A stretch of 32,228 bases of DNA, from positions 1 through 32,228 of the IMG/VR virus record IMGVR_UViG_3300043173_000265, one strand, 5' to 3'. Positions 9,663-18,186 of this stretch are shown piece after piece (positions within the stretch are counted from its first letter, which is position 1; each line of letters starts with the position of its first letter). Position numbers and translations under genes: made by a program. This DNA comes from a virus. Its lineage: Duplodnaviria > Caudoviricetes. The notes under the pieces were generated by a model, which had not been told where the DNA came from, made no database searches, and was given only the letters and a program-made list of their open reading frames with translations.

Positions 9663-10975
9663 TGCCATTTTCTCACTCGGTTCCGTTGTCCGACTACGGC
9701 GCAGCTAGTCGTCGCGACGAAGCCCATCAAACAGCCATGCAAGACCGCAACATGGAACTAGTAGGCCGGGCCGCATCACATCTACTCACCATTGACCCTG
9801 CTGAACGCGCGGCCTCATTTGAGCAGATAGCGCAAACACTCAAGGGTGGTTACGACCTGGACATTTCCCAGTACCGTGAGCAGGCAACGGGGGCGCAGAG
9901 TAATGTGTTTCTGGAATCGGCTGTTGCTGCGACGACGAAGCGGGCGGCACCTAAAGAACAATGGTCGCCGTTCACGACTCCAGAGGGGGTGAGCGCGCAG
10001 AAAAGCGGTGCGGGGAAAGTGGAGTCAATCCCGCAGCCGAAGACCACCAAAACCGGCACCCCCACTACAGATATGAAGAATTGGGCCGAGGCAGCAAAAA
10101 ACCCTGAGTTTAAAAAGTTCCTGGAATCCCAGAAGAAGGGGACTAGTCTCCCGGCTGTTCTGCAAGAGTGGGCCGCATTTAAAAACATGACGCCAGCGGA
10201 AAAGGTCCAGTTCATTAACATGAAGCGAGCCGGTAAAACAATTGACACCGGCCCTTCTATTATTACTCCCAACCCTGCCGATCCGGGCGGGCCACCGATA
10301 GCCGTTAATCCGAAGGGTCTAGCCCCTGAACGCAAGGTTGGCAAGAAGGCGATAGTGACTGTGCCCGGTGTTGAAGGTGGCGATACCGTCATTGCCCCCG
10401 GCGGGGCGGTATCGGTGGAGCAAGTGCCCAAAACACCCGAGGCAGAGAGAGCGGCGGTGGAGGGTGCTTTATCTAAGGCAGATGCGATGCTGACCTCGCT
10501 TTCTGGCATCAATAAAATTCTGGACGACCCAGATAGAGTGTTACCCGTTACCGGCACCGTTTCCACTGCGTATGGGTGGATATCTGGGACTGGCGCAGGT
10601 AGGGTGCGTTCATATGTCAAAAACTTACAGAGTGGCGTTGCTCTAAAGGCTATGATCCGCCTGAAGAACGCATCAGCTACGGGGTCAACTGGTTTTGGTC
10701 AGATGAATGCGAAAGAACTGCAACTGCTCATTGATGATCTTGGTAGGCTCGAAACCGATAGTACGGACGAAGTAATTTTCAGACAAACGATAAATCGGAT
10801 TGAGGCGAGTTACATTCGAGTTATAGCGGACATCCAAGCAAACGTAACGCCGGAAAATATTCGCAAGTATGGCTTTGATAAGATCGTAGCAAAATACAGC
10901 AAGGCGGTGAATAAAAACGAGAAGAAAAACAAGATATACCAAAACAGATACGGGCTTGAAGGAAAGTCAGAATAA
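9662..10975 (+). CDS. Putative ejection protein 2
   Basis: 437 aa, helical; TPTTDMKNW/LQEW repeats and GFGQMNAKELQLL motif; synteny. Confidence 0.6.
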   Translation: MPFSHSVPLSDYGAASRRDEAHQTAMQDRNMELVGRAASHLLTIDPAERAASFEQIAQTLKGGYDLDISQYREQATGAQSNVFLESAVAATTKRAAPKEQWSPFTTPEGVSAQKSGAGKVESIPQPKTTKTGTPTTDMKNWAEAAKNPEFKKFLESQKKGTSLPAVLQEWAAFKNMTPAEKVQFINMKRAGKTIDTGPSIITPNPADPGGPPIAVNPKGLAPERKVGKKAIVTVPGVEGGDTVIAPGGAVSVEQVPKTPEAERAAVEGALSKADAMLTSLSGINKILDDPDRVLPVTGTVSTAYGWISGTGAGRVRSYVKNLQSGVALKAMIRLKNASATGSTGFGQMNAKELQLLIDDLGRLETDSTDEVIFRQTINRIEASYIRVIADIQANVTPENIRKYGFDKIVAKYSKAVNKNEKKNKIYQNRYGLEGKSE

Positions 10976-12423
10976 TGGCTGGGGATTTTGATCGCATCCA
11001 GCGCAATGTCCAGAGTATGATCGGGCAAAGCGCACCGGTAAAAGACATTGATGGGTATCTGAATACTGAAGGATACACGCCCGATAGTTTCAAAGCCCAG
11101 GTAACGACTGGGCCTGAGCGGGGTACGGAAGAACCATATTCCGGCACCATCCTTCCGTTCACGAAAGACGAGGGCGGCGATATTTCCTTTGACCCTGACG
11201 CTGGCATCGTGGGTGCATTCAAAAGGGCCGCGACGTTGCCCGGTGATGTTTACACGGGCGAAGTTGACCCCATGAGCGAAGAGGGCACGGAGCGGGCACT
11301 TGAGGCCGCCGGGGTGATGACACCGATGGGTGCCGCGTCCAGAGTATCGCCACGCTTCGGAGTGAAAACCACAACGCCGTCCCGCGAAGAAATAAAAACC
11401 GCCACGAAAGCCGGCTATGACGCAACGGAAGCCAGCGGTGTGGGCTTCACTGTAATGGCGGCGAAGAAATGGTCCGATGATATAACGAGCGAATTAACTT
11501 CGAAGGGCGTCTTTAGTCATGGGCGGTTTAAGGAAGTCCACGACATTATCACCAAAAGCCTTAAATTGAGTGGCGATGACCTCGGCCCCGGCGATGTTGC
11601 TTATATCACGCCTTCTGCGATTGATGAGATGCGAAAATCTCTTAGCATTCTGGGGCAGTCTGCGGCCAAACAAGGCGATGATGCTTTAGGCAGGGCGGCA
11701 AACATTGCGATGGGTAAGCTGGAACGGCTTCTTAACGATGTAAGCCCGGAAAGTATTGCCATCGGGAATCATCGTCTTGCGGAAGATGCAATGAAGTCCC
11801 TCAAGGGAGCCAGGGCAGACGCGGCGGCTGGCTTCAGGTCAGATGTCGTCACGGGCGTTGAAGACGCTGTTACTCTCAGTACCGCAGCCACGAATTCCGG
11901 TAGGAACTTTGATAACAAAACGAGACAGCGGTTGGCGTCCCTGTTAACCAGCGGCAACGGTGCGAAAGTGCGCGGGTTTTTTCCTGAAGAACAAGAGGCT
12001 ATCCGCAATATAGTTATGGGTCGCTGGTCGAAGAATACAGCTCGGCGAATTGGAAACTGGTTTGGCGGCGGCGGCGGTATGGGGCAGTCTATTTTACCAA
12101 TACTTAGTGGCAGCGCGGGGTTTGCAGCAACCGGAGGGTCAACAGCGGCAACGGTGGCGGCTGCCATTACGCCCGTGATGATTGGTGCGCTTGGAAGGGC
12201 AATTGCCAACACCATGACGCGGAAAGAATTGGTCCGGCTCGATAAAATGGTTCGGGCGCGTTCCGCCGTCAGTGCGGCCACTCGTTACAAACGGTCTACA
12301 TACAAACCGTCCCCGATGAAGGATTATATCATGAAGGGGCTTGTCTCCCCGAAACCGAACGAAACTGAACGCCGGCGTGCTATTAAATCAGAATACCGCA
12401 GGCTTACAGATCCCACACTTTAG
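10975..12423 (+). CDS. Putative ejection protein 3
   Basis: 482 aa, Ala/Gly-rich with a hydrophobic C-terminal segment; synteny. Confidence 0.6.
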   Translation: MAGDFDRIQRNVQSMIGQSAPVKDIDGYLNTEGYTPDSFKAQVTTGPERGTEEPYSGTILPFTKDEGGDISFDPDAGIVGAFKRAATLPGDVYTGEVDPMSEEGTERALEAAGVMTPMGAASRVSPRFGVKTTTPSREEIKTATKAGYDATEASGVGFTVMAAKKWSDDITSELTSKGVFSHGRFKEVHDIITKSLKLSGDDLGPGDVAYITPSAIDEMRKSLSILGQSAAKQGDDALGRAANIAMGKLERLLNDVSPESIAIGNHRLAEDAMKSLKGARADAAAGFRSDVVTGVEDAVTLSTAATNSGRNFDNKTRQRLASLLTSGNGAKVRGFFPEEQEAIRNIVMGRWSKNTARRIGNWFGGGGGMGQSILPILSGSAGFAATGGSTAATVAAAITPVMIGALGRAIANTMTRKELVRLDKMVRARSAVSAATRYKRSTYKPSPMKDYIMKGLVSPKPNETERRRAIKSEYRRLTDPTL

Positions 12424-12456
12424 TCGTTGCCTGCCACAGCCAACTAAGGACACCCC

Positions 12457-12777
12457 ATGAAATATCTGGCCCTAACCCTCCTTGTGATGATTTTCTCGTT
12501 CCGGGCGCAAGCTGAATGCATCAAACAGCCCCAGATAACCGAAAGTCTAAACTGGCCCGGCATGGAAACCATTTCCTTATCTGAAGCGGACGAGCAGACG
12601 TTCCGAGAATTCCTGAAAGATACCCACGGTACAATAACCCCTGCCGACACTTTCGTTGTGTTCAGCAGCCCCGAACGAATTAAACTCCATGTGGTTGGTT
12701 TTGTGCTAGGGTGTACGGAAGGATGGATGCGCATGACGCGAGATGAATTCAATGCAGCCATAGGGGCGAGGCAATGA
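12457..12777 (+). CDS. Small secreted protein (signal peptide, 2 Cys)
   Basis: AAGGA RBS; MKYLALTLLVMIFSFRAQA signal peptide. Confidence 0.65.
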   Translation: MKYLALTLLVMIFSFRAQAECIKQPQITESLNWPGMETISLSEADEQTFREFLKDTHGTITPADTFVVFSSPERIKLHVVGFVLGCTEGWMRMTRDEFNAAIGARQ

Positions 12778-13061
12778 AATACTTATTTGCCGCGACGATG
12801 TTTCTTTTTGCGTTCTCGGCCCAGGCCCAGCAAATTTGCATGGATCGAGTGAATGTCCTAAAAATACTTGACCAGAAGCATAAAGAAGCGCCTGCGTCGT
12901 TGGGCGTCACTGTCTCGGGCGAGGTTGTGGAAGTGCTGGTTAGCGAAAAAGGCACCTGGACGATCATCGTAACGACGCCGAACGGCGTTTCCTGTCTAGT
13001 CGCCGCCGGCGAAAGCTGGGAGAACATCGAACGTGTCGCGGCAGGAAAGCCGGCGGCATGA
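12774..13061 (+). CDS. Small secreted protein of alphaproteobacterial type
   Basis: Signal peptide ending AQA; C..R...L...E...G...GTWT...PNG.SC..AAGESW pattern. Confidence 0.7.
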   Translation: MKYLFAATMFLFAFSAQAQQICMDRVNVLKILDQKHKEAPASLGVTVSGEVVEVLVSEKGTWTIIVTTPNGVSCLVAAGESWENIERVAAGKPAA

Positions 13062-13264
13062 TACCGCAGATCAAAAGCGATATGATGCTCGCTGCCGTCG
13101 TTACTGCCTGGAGTTTTGGGGGTATGACGTTGAACGAAGTTCTCACCACGGGACAATTAATCATGTCCGTCACGGGTGGCACTGTCGGCACAGGATATAT
13201 GGCATGGAAATGGCTGAAGGAATATCGTCACAGTAAGCGTAGAAACAGACGAAAATCGGATTAA
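13058..13264 (+). CDS. Putative holin-like membrane protein
   Basis: 68 aa, hydrophobic segments, very basic C-terminus; upstream of the endolysin. Confidence 0.45.
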   Translation: MIPQIKSDMMLAAVVTAWSFGGMTLNEVLTTGQLIMSVTGGTVGTGYMAWKWLKEYRHSKRRNRRKSD

Positions 13265-13283
13265 CGGCTTTGGGTGAACATCT

Positions 13284-14312
13284 ATGTCTGAAATTCCAGA
13301 GAGTGTATTGAAGGAAGCTCTAGATGCTTACGAGCGTCACGGTTGCAACATTACCGCCGCCGCCAAGGAAATCGGGTGCAGGCGCGGCACGCTTAGTAAT
13401 CGCATTGAAAAGGCCAAGAAACTGTCGCAGCAGGAAGCCTTGGTCGAATACCCATCTTTTCCTGAAGACGACGTTCCTGTTAAAGATATCATTCAAAACC
13501 AAATCAAACGATTTGACCAACGCCGGAAGCACCAAAAATCAAAAGCATGGTTTCCCATCAAGGTGGCGATAGATGGCCCCATAGGAGTATCGTTCTTCGG
13601 CGACCCACACGTCGATGATAATTTCTGCGACTGGCCGGCACTTCACCGGCATTGTGAAATTCACCAAAGCACCGAAGGTATGTTCGGCGTTAATGTGGGC
13701 GACACCACAAATAACTGGGTAGGCCGTTTAACCCGGTTGTTCGGGGATCAGGACACATCCCAGAACACCGCCCGCAAGCTTGCAAGATGGCTGCTGGCTG
13801 ATAGTGGAGTTACCTGGCTGGCCTGGATTATGGGAAATCACGACGCCTGGAATGAAGGCATTGAAATCCTCAAGGGCATGAACGGCAGCCAGATTCCCAT
13901 GGAGGACTGGCAGGCTCGGTTCTCAATCGTCTTCCCAAACGGCAAAGTCTGCAAAACATGGGTGGCGCATAACTTTGCCGGCAACTCCATCTGGAACAGC
14001 TTGCACGGCGCCCAAAGGGCCGCTCACACCAAGGCCGAAGCACACATATATGCTTGCGGCCATCTACATAATTGGGCCATACACCAGGAAGAATCCGCAT
14101 CCAGGGATTTCACGTACTGGCTGTTGAGGGCCAAGGGCTACAAGGCGTTTGACGATCACGCTGAACACTTGGGTCATTTTCCGCAGCAGGAAGGCGAGGC
14201 TATTACGGCAGTGATAGACCCACACGCTAAATCGGAAGCCGGTTTCGTTCAGTGCTTTGCCGACATGGAACTGGCGGCGGACTTCCTGACATTTTTGAGA
14301 AACCGGAAATGA
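13284..14312 (+). CDS. Calcineurin-like metallophosphoesterase with N-terminal HTH
   Basis: GDPH, GD, GNHD, H and GHLH metal motifs; N-terminal NITAAAKEIGCRRGTLSNRI HTH. Confidence 0.85.
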   Translation: MSEIPESVLKEALDAYERHGCNITAAAKEIGCRRGTLSNRIEKAKKLSQQEALVEYPSFPEDDVPVKDIIQNQIKRFDQRRKHQKSKAWFPIKVAIDGPIGVSFFGDPHVDDNFCDWPALHRHCEIHQSTEGMFGVNVGDTTNNWVGRLTRLFGDQDTSQNTARKLARWLLADSGVTWLAWIMGNHDAWNEGIEILKGMNGSQIPMEDWQARFSIVFPNGKVCKTWVAHNFAGNSIWNSLHGAQRAAHTKAEAHIYACGHLHNWAIHQEESASRDFTYWLLRAKGYKAFDDHAEHLGHFPQQEGEAITAVIDPHAKSEAGFVQCFADMELAADFLTFLRNRK

Positions 14313-14509
14313 CAGGCTTCCGCAATCCCGATATAGGCAAGGCATTCGAGGAAATCGCCGAGATTGCGCAGGGCAACGAACCAGTAGCAAATGTCTTACA
14401 GACCATACTCCAAATTCTCTGTGGTCTGGACATGCGACTAGCCAAGCTCGAAGGTATCCCCCTAGTACCAGAACCGGTTCGTCCCCATCATGCGCAAACG
14501 GATTCGTAA
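14309..14509 (+). CDS. Hypothetical protein
   Basis: ATGA-coupled start (MTGFRNPDIG...). Confidence 0.55.
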   Translation: MTGFRNPDIGKAFEEIAEIAQGNEPVANVLQTILQILCGLDMRLAKLEGIPLVPEPVRPHHAQTDS

Positions 14510-14684
14510 AACCAAAACCGGGTGGCGTGTAACGGGTGGTGAATTCAGCTATTATGAAATGATGGAATTAGCAGCAAATCTGTTGCGGGCCGTCAACGGC
14601 AAAGATGCGCTTGTCGAGGAAGTGCCGAAGTCGTATAGCCCGGCAGATAAGTTGGTGAGAATGACAAAGAGTACACGCCCATAG
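14490..14684 (+). CDS. Hypothetical protein
   Basis: 64-aa ORF tiling the operon. Confidence 0.5.
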   Translation: MRKRIRKTKTGWRVTGGEFSYYEMMELAANLLRAVNGKDALVEEVPKSYSPADKLVRMTKSTRP

Positions 14685-14732
14685 GGGCCGGGGTTGGCGC
14701 TAGGCTGCCAGCCGACATTGAAGGAAATGAAC

Positions 14733-14900
14733 ATGACCAAACCCATCAAAGACGACTGGAAGAAAACCATTGACGGCAAGGGCGGCTTCAAGCCGAAGCG
14801 TGGCGTCAACAGCCATATCGACGGTATTGGAAATGGCTGCTGGCCGTTTGCCGGCATCGACACCGACAACGGCTTTATCGACGGGGATTGGGGCGTCTAA
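14733..14900 (+). CDS. Hypothetical protein
   Basis: AAGGAA RBS upstream; TAATG coupling downstream. Confidence 0.5.
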   Translation: MTKPIKDDWKKTIDGKGGFKPKRGVNSHIDGIGNGCWPFAGIDTDNGFIDGDWGV

Positions 14901-15088
14901 TGTGCGTCCACTGCACATTACTGGATGGCGGCGACTATTGCGCCTGTGCTGTTTTCAGCAAAAACAAAACGTTCTTTGAGCCGATAGAATTGAAGTCCCT
15001 AAGCAATGCCGCAATCTCAAAACTGCGGAACTTTATTGGCAGACTCCAGACTGATACGCCCCGCGATGAAAACGGCCTGCCACAATGA
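14900..15088 (+). CDS. Small Cys-containing hypothetical protein
   Basis: MCVHC...CAC; coupled on both sides. Confidence 0.5.
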   Translation: MCVHCTLLDGGDYCACAVFSKNKTFFEPIELKSLSNAAISKLRNFIGRLQTDTPRDENGLPQ

Positions 15089-15522
15089 CCGAATTCCATC
15101 TAAGCCGCCGCTCCCTATCCAGGCTTCGCGGCGTCCACCCGCAGTTGGTCAAGGTCGTCAAGATGGCAATCGAGTTCACCACGGTTGATTTTGCCGTTCT
15201 GGAGGGCGTCAGGACCATCGCCAGGCAGCGAGAGTACGTTGACCGGGGGGTGAGCTGGACAATGCGCTCAAGGCACCTGACGGGCCATGCCGTGGACCTG
15301 GGGGCCTACGACAAGGGCAAGATCGTCTGGGCCTGGCCGCTGTACTTCGATATCGCCGATGCGATGGACAAGGCTGCCGATTTTCACGGCGTCAAGATCC
15401 AATGGGGCGGGGATTGGAGGGGCAAGAAGGCGGACGGGCCGCATTTCCAACTTGCAACCCGGCTGAAGTTTCCGAGCGACGAACGCAACGAAAAGAACGC
15501 GCTGATCTTGGCGCAATTGTAG
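15085..15522 (+). CDS. Endolysin, peptidase M15 family (L-Ala-D-Glu peptidase-like)
   Basis: LSRRSLSRLRGVHPQL, EGVRTIARQ, SRHLTGHAVD, WGGDW, DGPHFQL. Confidence 0.92.
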   Translation: MTEFHLSRRSLSRLRGVHPQLVKVVKMAIEFTTVDFAVLEGVRTIARQREYVDRGVSWTMRSRHLTGHAVDLGAYDKGKIVWAWPLYFDIADAMDKAADFHGVKIQWGGDWRGKKADGPHFQLATRLKFPSDERNEKNALILAQL

Positions 15523-15532
15523 GACACCAAAA

Positions 15533-15871
15533 ATGAAATACCTACGCCGCCTTGGGGCGGTTTTTTTATTGGCTGCGTCTATCTCTGCCTGCTCGTCTGG
15601 TGTGCTTGGCCCCTATTCCGCCATACCAAAAACCTGTGCCGGCATCGAGTCCGAAATGCAAACGCTGGCGGACAAGATCGACCGGGTGACGACAGCCCGG
15701 ACGGCTAAGGAAATCGGCATGATGGGCGTCCCGGTGATGGTTGCCCTGGGGGCTTTTCCGCCTGCCGCCGCGATAGCTGTTCCGCTGGCCAGTGCCATCC
15801 GGATCGATATCGAGGGCGACCACGAGCGGGTTCGATATCTCGCTACCGCTTCGCTCATAAAGGACTGCTGA
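15533..15871 (+). CDS. Lipoprotein (possible lysis accessory)
   Basis: AGGA RBS; signal peptide with lipobox-like ISA-C; internal hydrophobic segment. Confidence 0.65.
   Translation: MKYLRRLGAVFLLAASISACSSGVLGPYSAIPKTCAGIESEMQTLADKIDRVTTARTAKEIGMMGVPVMVALGAFPPAAAIAVPLASAIRIDIEGDHERVRYLATASLIKDC
15546..15567 (+). terminator. Rho-independent terminator candidate after the endolysin
   Basis: GCCGCC-TTGG-GGCGGT hairpin followed by a T7 tract. Confidence 0.65.
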
Positions 15872-15872
15872 C

Positions 15873-16262
15873 GTGACCATCACCGCCGCCGTCGTCAAAC
15901 GTGACGTCGATGTCAACTTCAGTATTGATCGCACCGACGACCGCCGTTTTCGCCTGCTGGAAGACTTGCCTGTCCGCTATTGCAAGGATGGCGAATGGTT
16001 CGATCTCATTGTCCCGATTGGCGACTATGTGGATGGCGCCAGCCTGCCGGGCTTTGTCCGCATGTTCAATCCGGTGAATGGGCGGCACTTCATCGCAGCC
16101 TGTGTCCACGACCACATTTACCGCACCGGCTGCCTGCCGCGCGAAGATGGCGACGGCTTGTTTCTGGCCATCATGGTGAGCCACGAGGTCAAAAAATACC
16201 GCCGGCGATATATGTACCGGGGTGTTCGGGTGGCCGGCGGGAAATTCTACAACAAGGACTGA
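15873..16262 (+). CDS. DUF1353-like protein
   Basis: VPIGDYVDGASLP...AACVHDHIY...DGLFL...MYRGVRVAG. Confidence 0.8.
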   Translation: MTITAAVVKRDVDVNFSIDRTDDRRFRLLEDLPVRYCKDGEWFDLIVPIGDYVDGASLPGFVRMFNPVNGRHFIAACVHDHIYRTGCLPREDGDGLFLAIMVSHEVKKYRRRYMYRGVRVAGGKFYNKD

Positions 16263-16277
16263 AACGCTCGTTTCCGT

Positions 16278-16430
16278 TCATTCGGTTTCGACATTGATTT
16301 CCATGATGGTGATGTGCCCGGCCCAACTTGACGCAGCTTGTACGGCAAGTTCCTGTGTCGCGTAATATCGGGTGCGTGAGCGATCATCGTCTTGCAAATC
16401 ATCAAAATCTACTTTCCAAACTGTCATCAT
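16278..16430 (-). CDS. Micro-ORF, 50 aa (MMTVWKVDFDD...)
   Basis: Translated by hand; GAGG RBS lies within repeat A. Confidence 0.6.
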   Translation of the reverse strand: MMTVWKVDFDDLQDDDRSRTRYYATQELAVQAASSWAGHITIMEINVETE

Positions 16431-16457
16431 CTGGGCCTCGTTTGTTTTGCGCGCCGC

Positions 16458-16658
16458 TCAGTTGGCTCTTTCGAGAGACAGGCGGCACACGCCGGGGCTG
16501 ATGCTCTCGCTCTTGATGTTGTAGAGGATGCCTTGCCCAAAAATGTTACCGCCCGTTTGCAGCATGATCTGGTCGGCGTCGGCATTTGTTACCGTGGTGT
16601 TGGCGTAAGGCCCGGCGCTCGCCATGAAATTGAGTTGGCGGGTGATTTCATCATTCAT
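16458..16658 (-). CDS. Micro-ORF, 66 aa (MNDEITRQ...)
   Basis: AGGAG RBS within repeat B supports a start at 16658. Confidence 0.65.
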   Translation of the reverse strand: MNDEITRQLNFMASAGPYANTTVTNADADQIMLQTGGNIFGQGILYNIKSESISPGVCRLSLERAN

Positions 16659-16684
16659 CGTGCTGCTCCTATCGCTCGTTTCTG

Positions 16685-16837
16685 CTACAGGAAATAATGG
16701 ATATCTTCGTCCATGCCGATTGCCAGACAATATTTGCCTGCACAGAAGTCATAGGCCCGCTGCCATCTGGTCCGATGGAATAGCCAACACCACGCCAGCC
16801 ACCATCGGGCTTTCAAGTTTATTGTTTTCTTTGCCAT
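16685..16837 (-). CDS. Micro-ORF, 50 aa, Trp-rich (MAKKTINLKARWWLAWCWLFH...)
   Basis: Translated by hand; fills the interval between repeats A and B exactly. Confidence 0.6.
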   Translation of the reverse strand: MAKKTINLKARWWLAWCWLFHRTRWQRAYDFCAGKYCLAIGMDEDIHYFL

Positions 16838-16849
16838 TCTGGGCCTCGT

Positions 16850-17056
16850 TTATGAAACTGCTTTGTGGATTGCAGCCTGACGCTTCTTGATAACTTCAGC
16901 CGCATCTCTCCGGGCCGCGAGACGAACCTTTGCTCGCTTGTGGATTTGGCAAACCCAAGAGTGGCCCGTGTTTTGTTCTGGCTGCCAGTTATCCAAATCA
17001 CAGGTACATTGCGTGTCAGCCTCTAGTTTTTTTACAATGTCTCGCAACTCCGTCAT
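16850..17056 (-). CDS. Micro-ORF, 68 aa, putative Zn-binding (CTCD...H...C..H)
   Basis: AGGAG RBS within repeat B. Confidence 0.7.
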   Translation of the reverse strand: MTELRDIVKKLEADTQCTCDLDNWQPEQNTGHSWVCQIHKRAKVRLAARRDAAEVIKKRQAAIHKAVS

Positions 17057-17081
17057 CTGCCGCTCCTATCGCTCGTTTGTT

Positions 17082-17252
17082 TCATTCATCTTCGGGCGGG
17101 ATGTCTAATCCCTGAAGGCGAAAATCCTTTGCCGCTGTTCTTGCACAATTCTCAACTTCCCAATCCAGATCATTCTGAACAAGCGACGTATCGCGGCTAA
17201 CATGTATGTCGATTGCATGGCTGATGATCTCTGCAAACTTCAAATAAGTCAT
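17082..17252 (-). CDS. Micro-ORF, 56 aa (MTYLKFAEII...)
   Basis: Translated by hand; lies between repeats A and B. Confidence 0.6.
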   Translation of the reverse strand: MTYLKFAEIISHAIDIHVSRDTSLVQNDLDWEVENCARTAAKDFRLQGLDIPPEDE

Positions 17253-17416
17253 CTATCTGGGCCTCGGTTTCGTTCATTCATGTGCGGGTTTATTTAGCAA
17301 GGATTGCCCGCTGTCCTTCGGTCCCGGTCGCGGTCCGGTCGCGCCTATCGCTACCCGTGGTATTTATCCTCTCCACGGCCGAGCATCCGAGGTAGCGCCA
17401 TTGGCGGCCTCTGAAT

Positions 17417-17596
17417 TCATTGCGGCACATCAGATGAAAACCAACGGCATCCACCAATGTCCGGCTGGTGTTCTTCGTAGATTTTGCCATCGATCACCCA
17501 GGAGCAGATAGCGCCCCAGGCGTGGTGGCTTTCGTCGTCATGCTTTCGCCCGCCTGTTGCGGCAAGGTGCTGGTCGCGTGTGATTTCATCTGCCAT
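17417..17596 (-). CDS. Hypothetical protein (MADEITRDQ...)
   Basis: CGAGG RBS directly after the upstream stop. Confidence 0.6.
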   Translation of the reverse strand: MADEITRDQHLAATGGRKHDDESHHAWGAICSWVIDGKIYEEHQPDIGGCRWFSSDVPQ

Positions 17597-17606
17597 GGGT
17601 GCCTCG

Positions 17607-17792
17607 TCAGTGAGAGAGTGCTTCTGACAGGACAGCAAACGCTGTCTGCGCGTAATCTCTTGCCTCTTGCTGCTTCAGGCTATTGCCAAGCGGCACCCAT
17701 GGTGGTTTCTTTTCAATCGGGATGCCTTGATTCAAACCAAATACATGCTTCTCGTAGATGGCCTGGGCGGCCTTTTCGACTAAATCGTTCAT
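17607..17792 (-). CDS. Hypothetical protein (MNDLVEKAAQAIY...)
   Basis: AAACGAGGA RBS; typical small phage protein pattern. Confidence 0.65.
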   Translation of the reverse strand: MNDLVEKAAQAIYEKHVFGLNQGIPIEKKPPWVPLGNSLKQQEARDYAQTAFAVLSEALSH

Positions 17793-17813
17793 GGTCAAAT
17801 AATCCTCGTTTGT

Positions 17814-17981
17814 TTACGGCAATTTCGCCGAAAAAATGCGTGTCTCGAAACTAAATTCCACTGCCCTGAAAGCCACATAGCCGGATTTGGCCTGTTTTAT
17901 TGCCATACGATTTGCGCGCGTAAAGCCGCCACCCCGTTGCGAGGTGTCGCGGTTCGCCGTTGCACAGGGTAAGTCAGCCAT
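17814..17981 (-). CDS. Hypothetical protein
   Basis: ATG overlaps the upstream gene end; stop abuts an AAACGAG junction. Confidence 0.4.
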   Translation of the reverse strand: MADLPCATANRDTSQRGGGFTRANRMAIKQAKSGYVAFRAVEFSFETRIFSAKLP

Positions 17982-18186
17982 CTGTCGACTCTGGCGCGCT
18001 GTAGGCATCGAATTGCTTCTCGGCCTCGCCAACCAGTTTGCGGATATGGTCAACAAAACACTTCGCCTCGTACTTGTCGCTGTCCTCCAATTCCCGGCGC
18101 ACGATCTTCCATTCACGCAGCGACATGGTGGCTGCCAGTGTAAATTCCTGGCGTTCTGGATTTTCAACAAAGATGCTGGACTTCAT
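17974..18186 (-). CDS. Hypothetical protein
   Basis: AAGGAG RBS, 70 aa. Confidence 0.65.
   Translation of the reverse strand: MKSSIFVENPERQEFTLAATMSLREWKIVRRELEDSDKYEAKCFVDHIRKLVGEAEKQFDAYSAPESTDG

Larger units (their letters stand above)
16261..17280 (-). repeat. Alternating intergenic repeats A (AACGAGGCCCAGA) and B (AAACGAGCGATAGGAGC) between micro-ORFs
   Basis: A: + strand tctgggcctcgttt at 16430-16443 and 16838-16851, variant at 17256-17270. B: gctcctatcgctcgttt at 16665-16681 and 17062-17078, truncated B at 16265-16273. Confidence 0.85.

Noticed and set aside
9850-12281. Long minus-strand ORFs (9850-10620, 11769-12281)
   Set aside because: Antisense shadows of the ejection genes with no recognisable motifs.
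16261-17280. Classical integron attC array or CRISPR
   Set aside because: Junctions are only about 12-30 nt, lack RYYYAAC...GTTRRRY ends and long palindromes, spacing is gene-sized, and no IntI is present. Kept only as an analogy.
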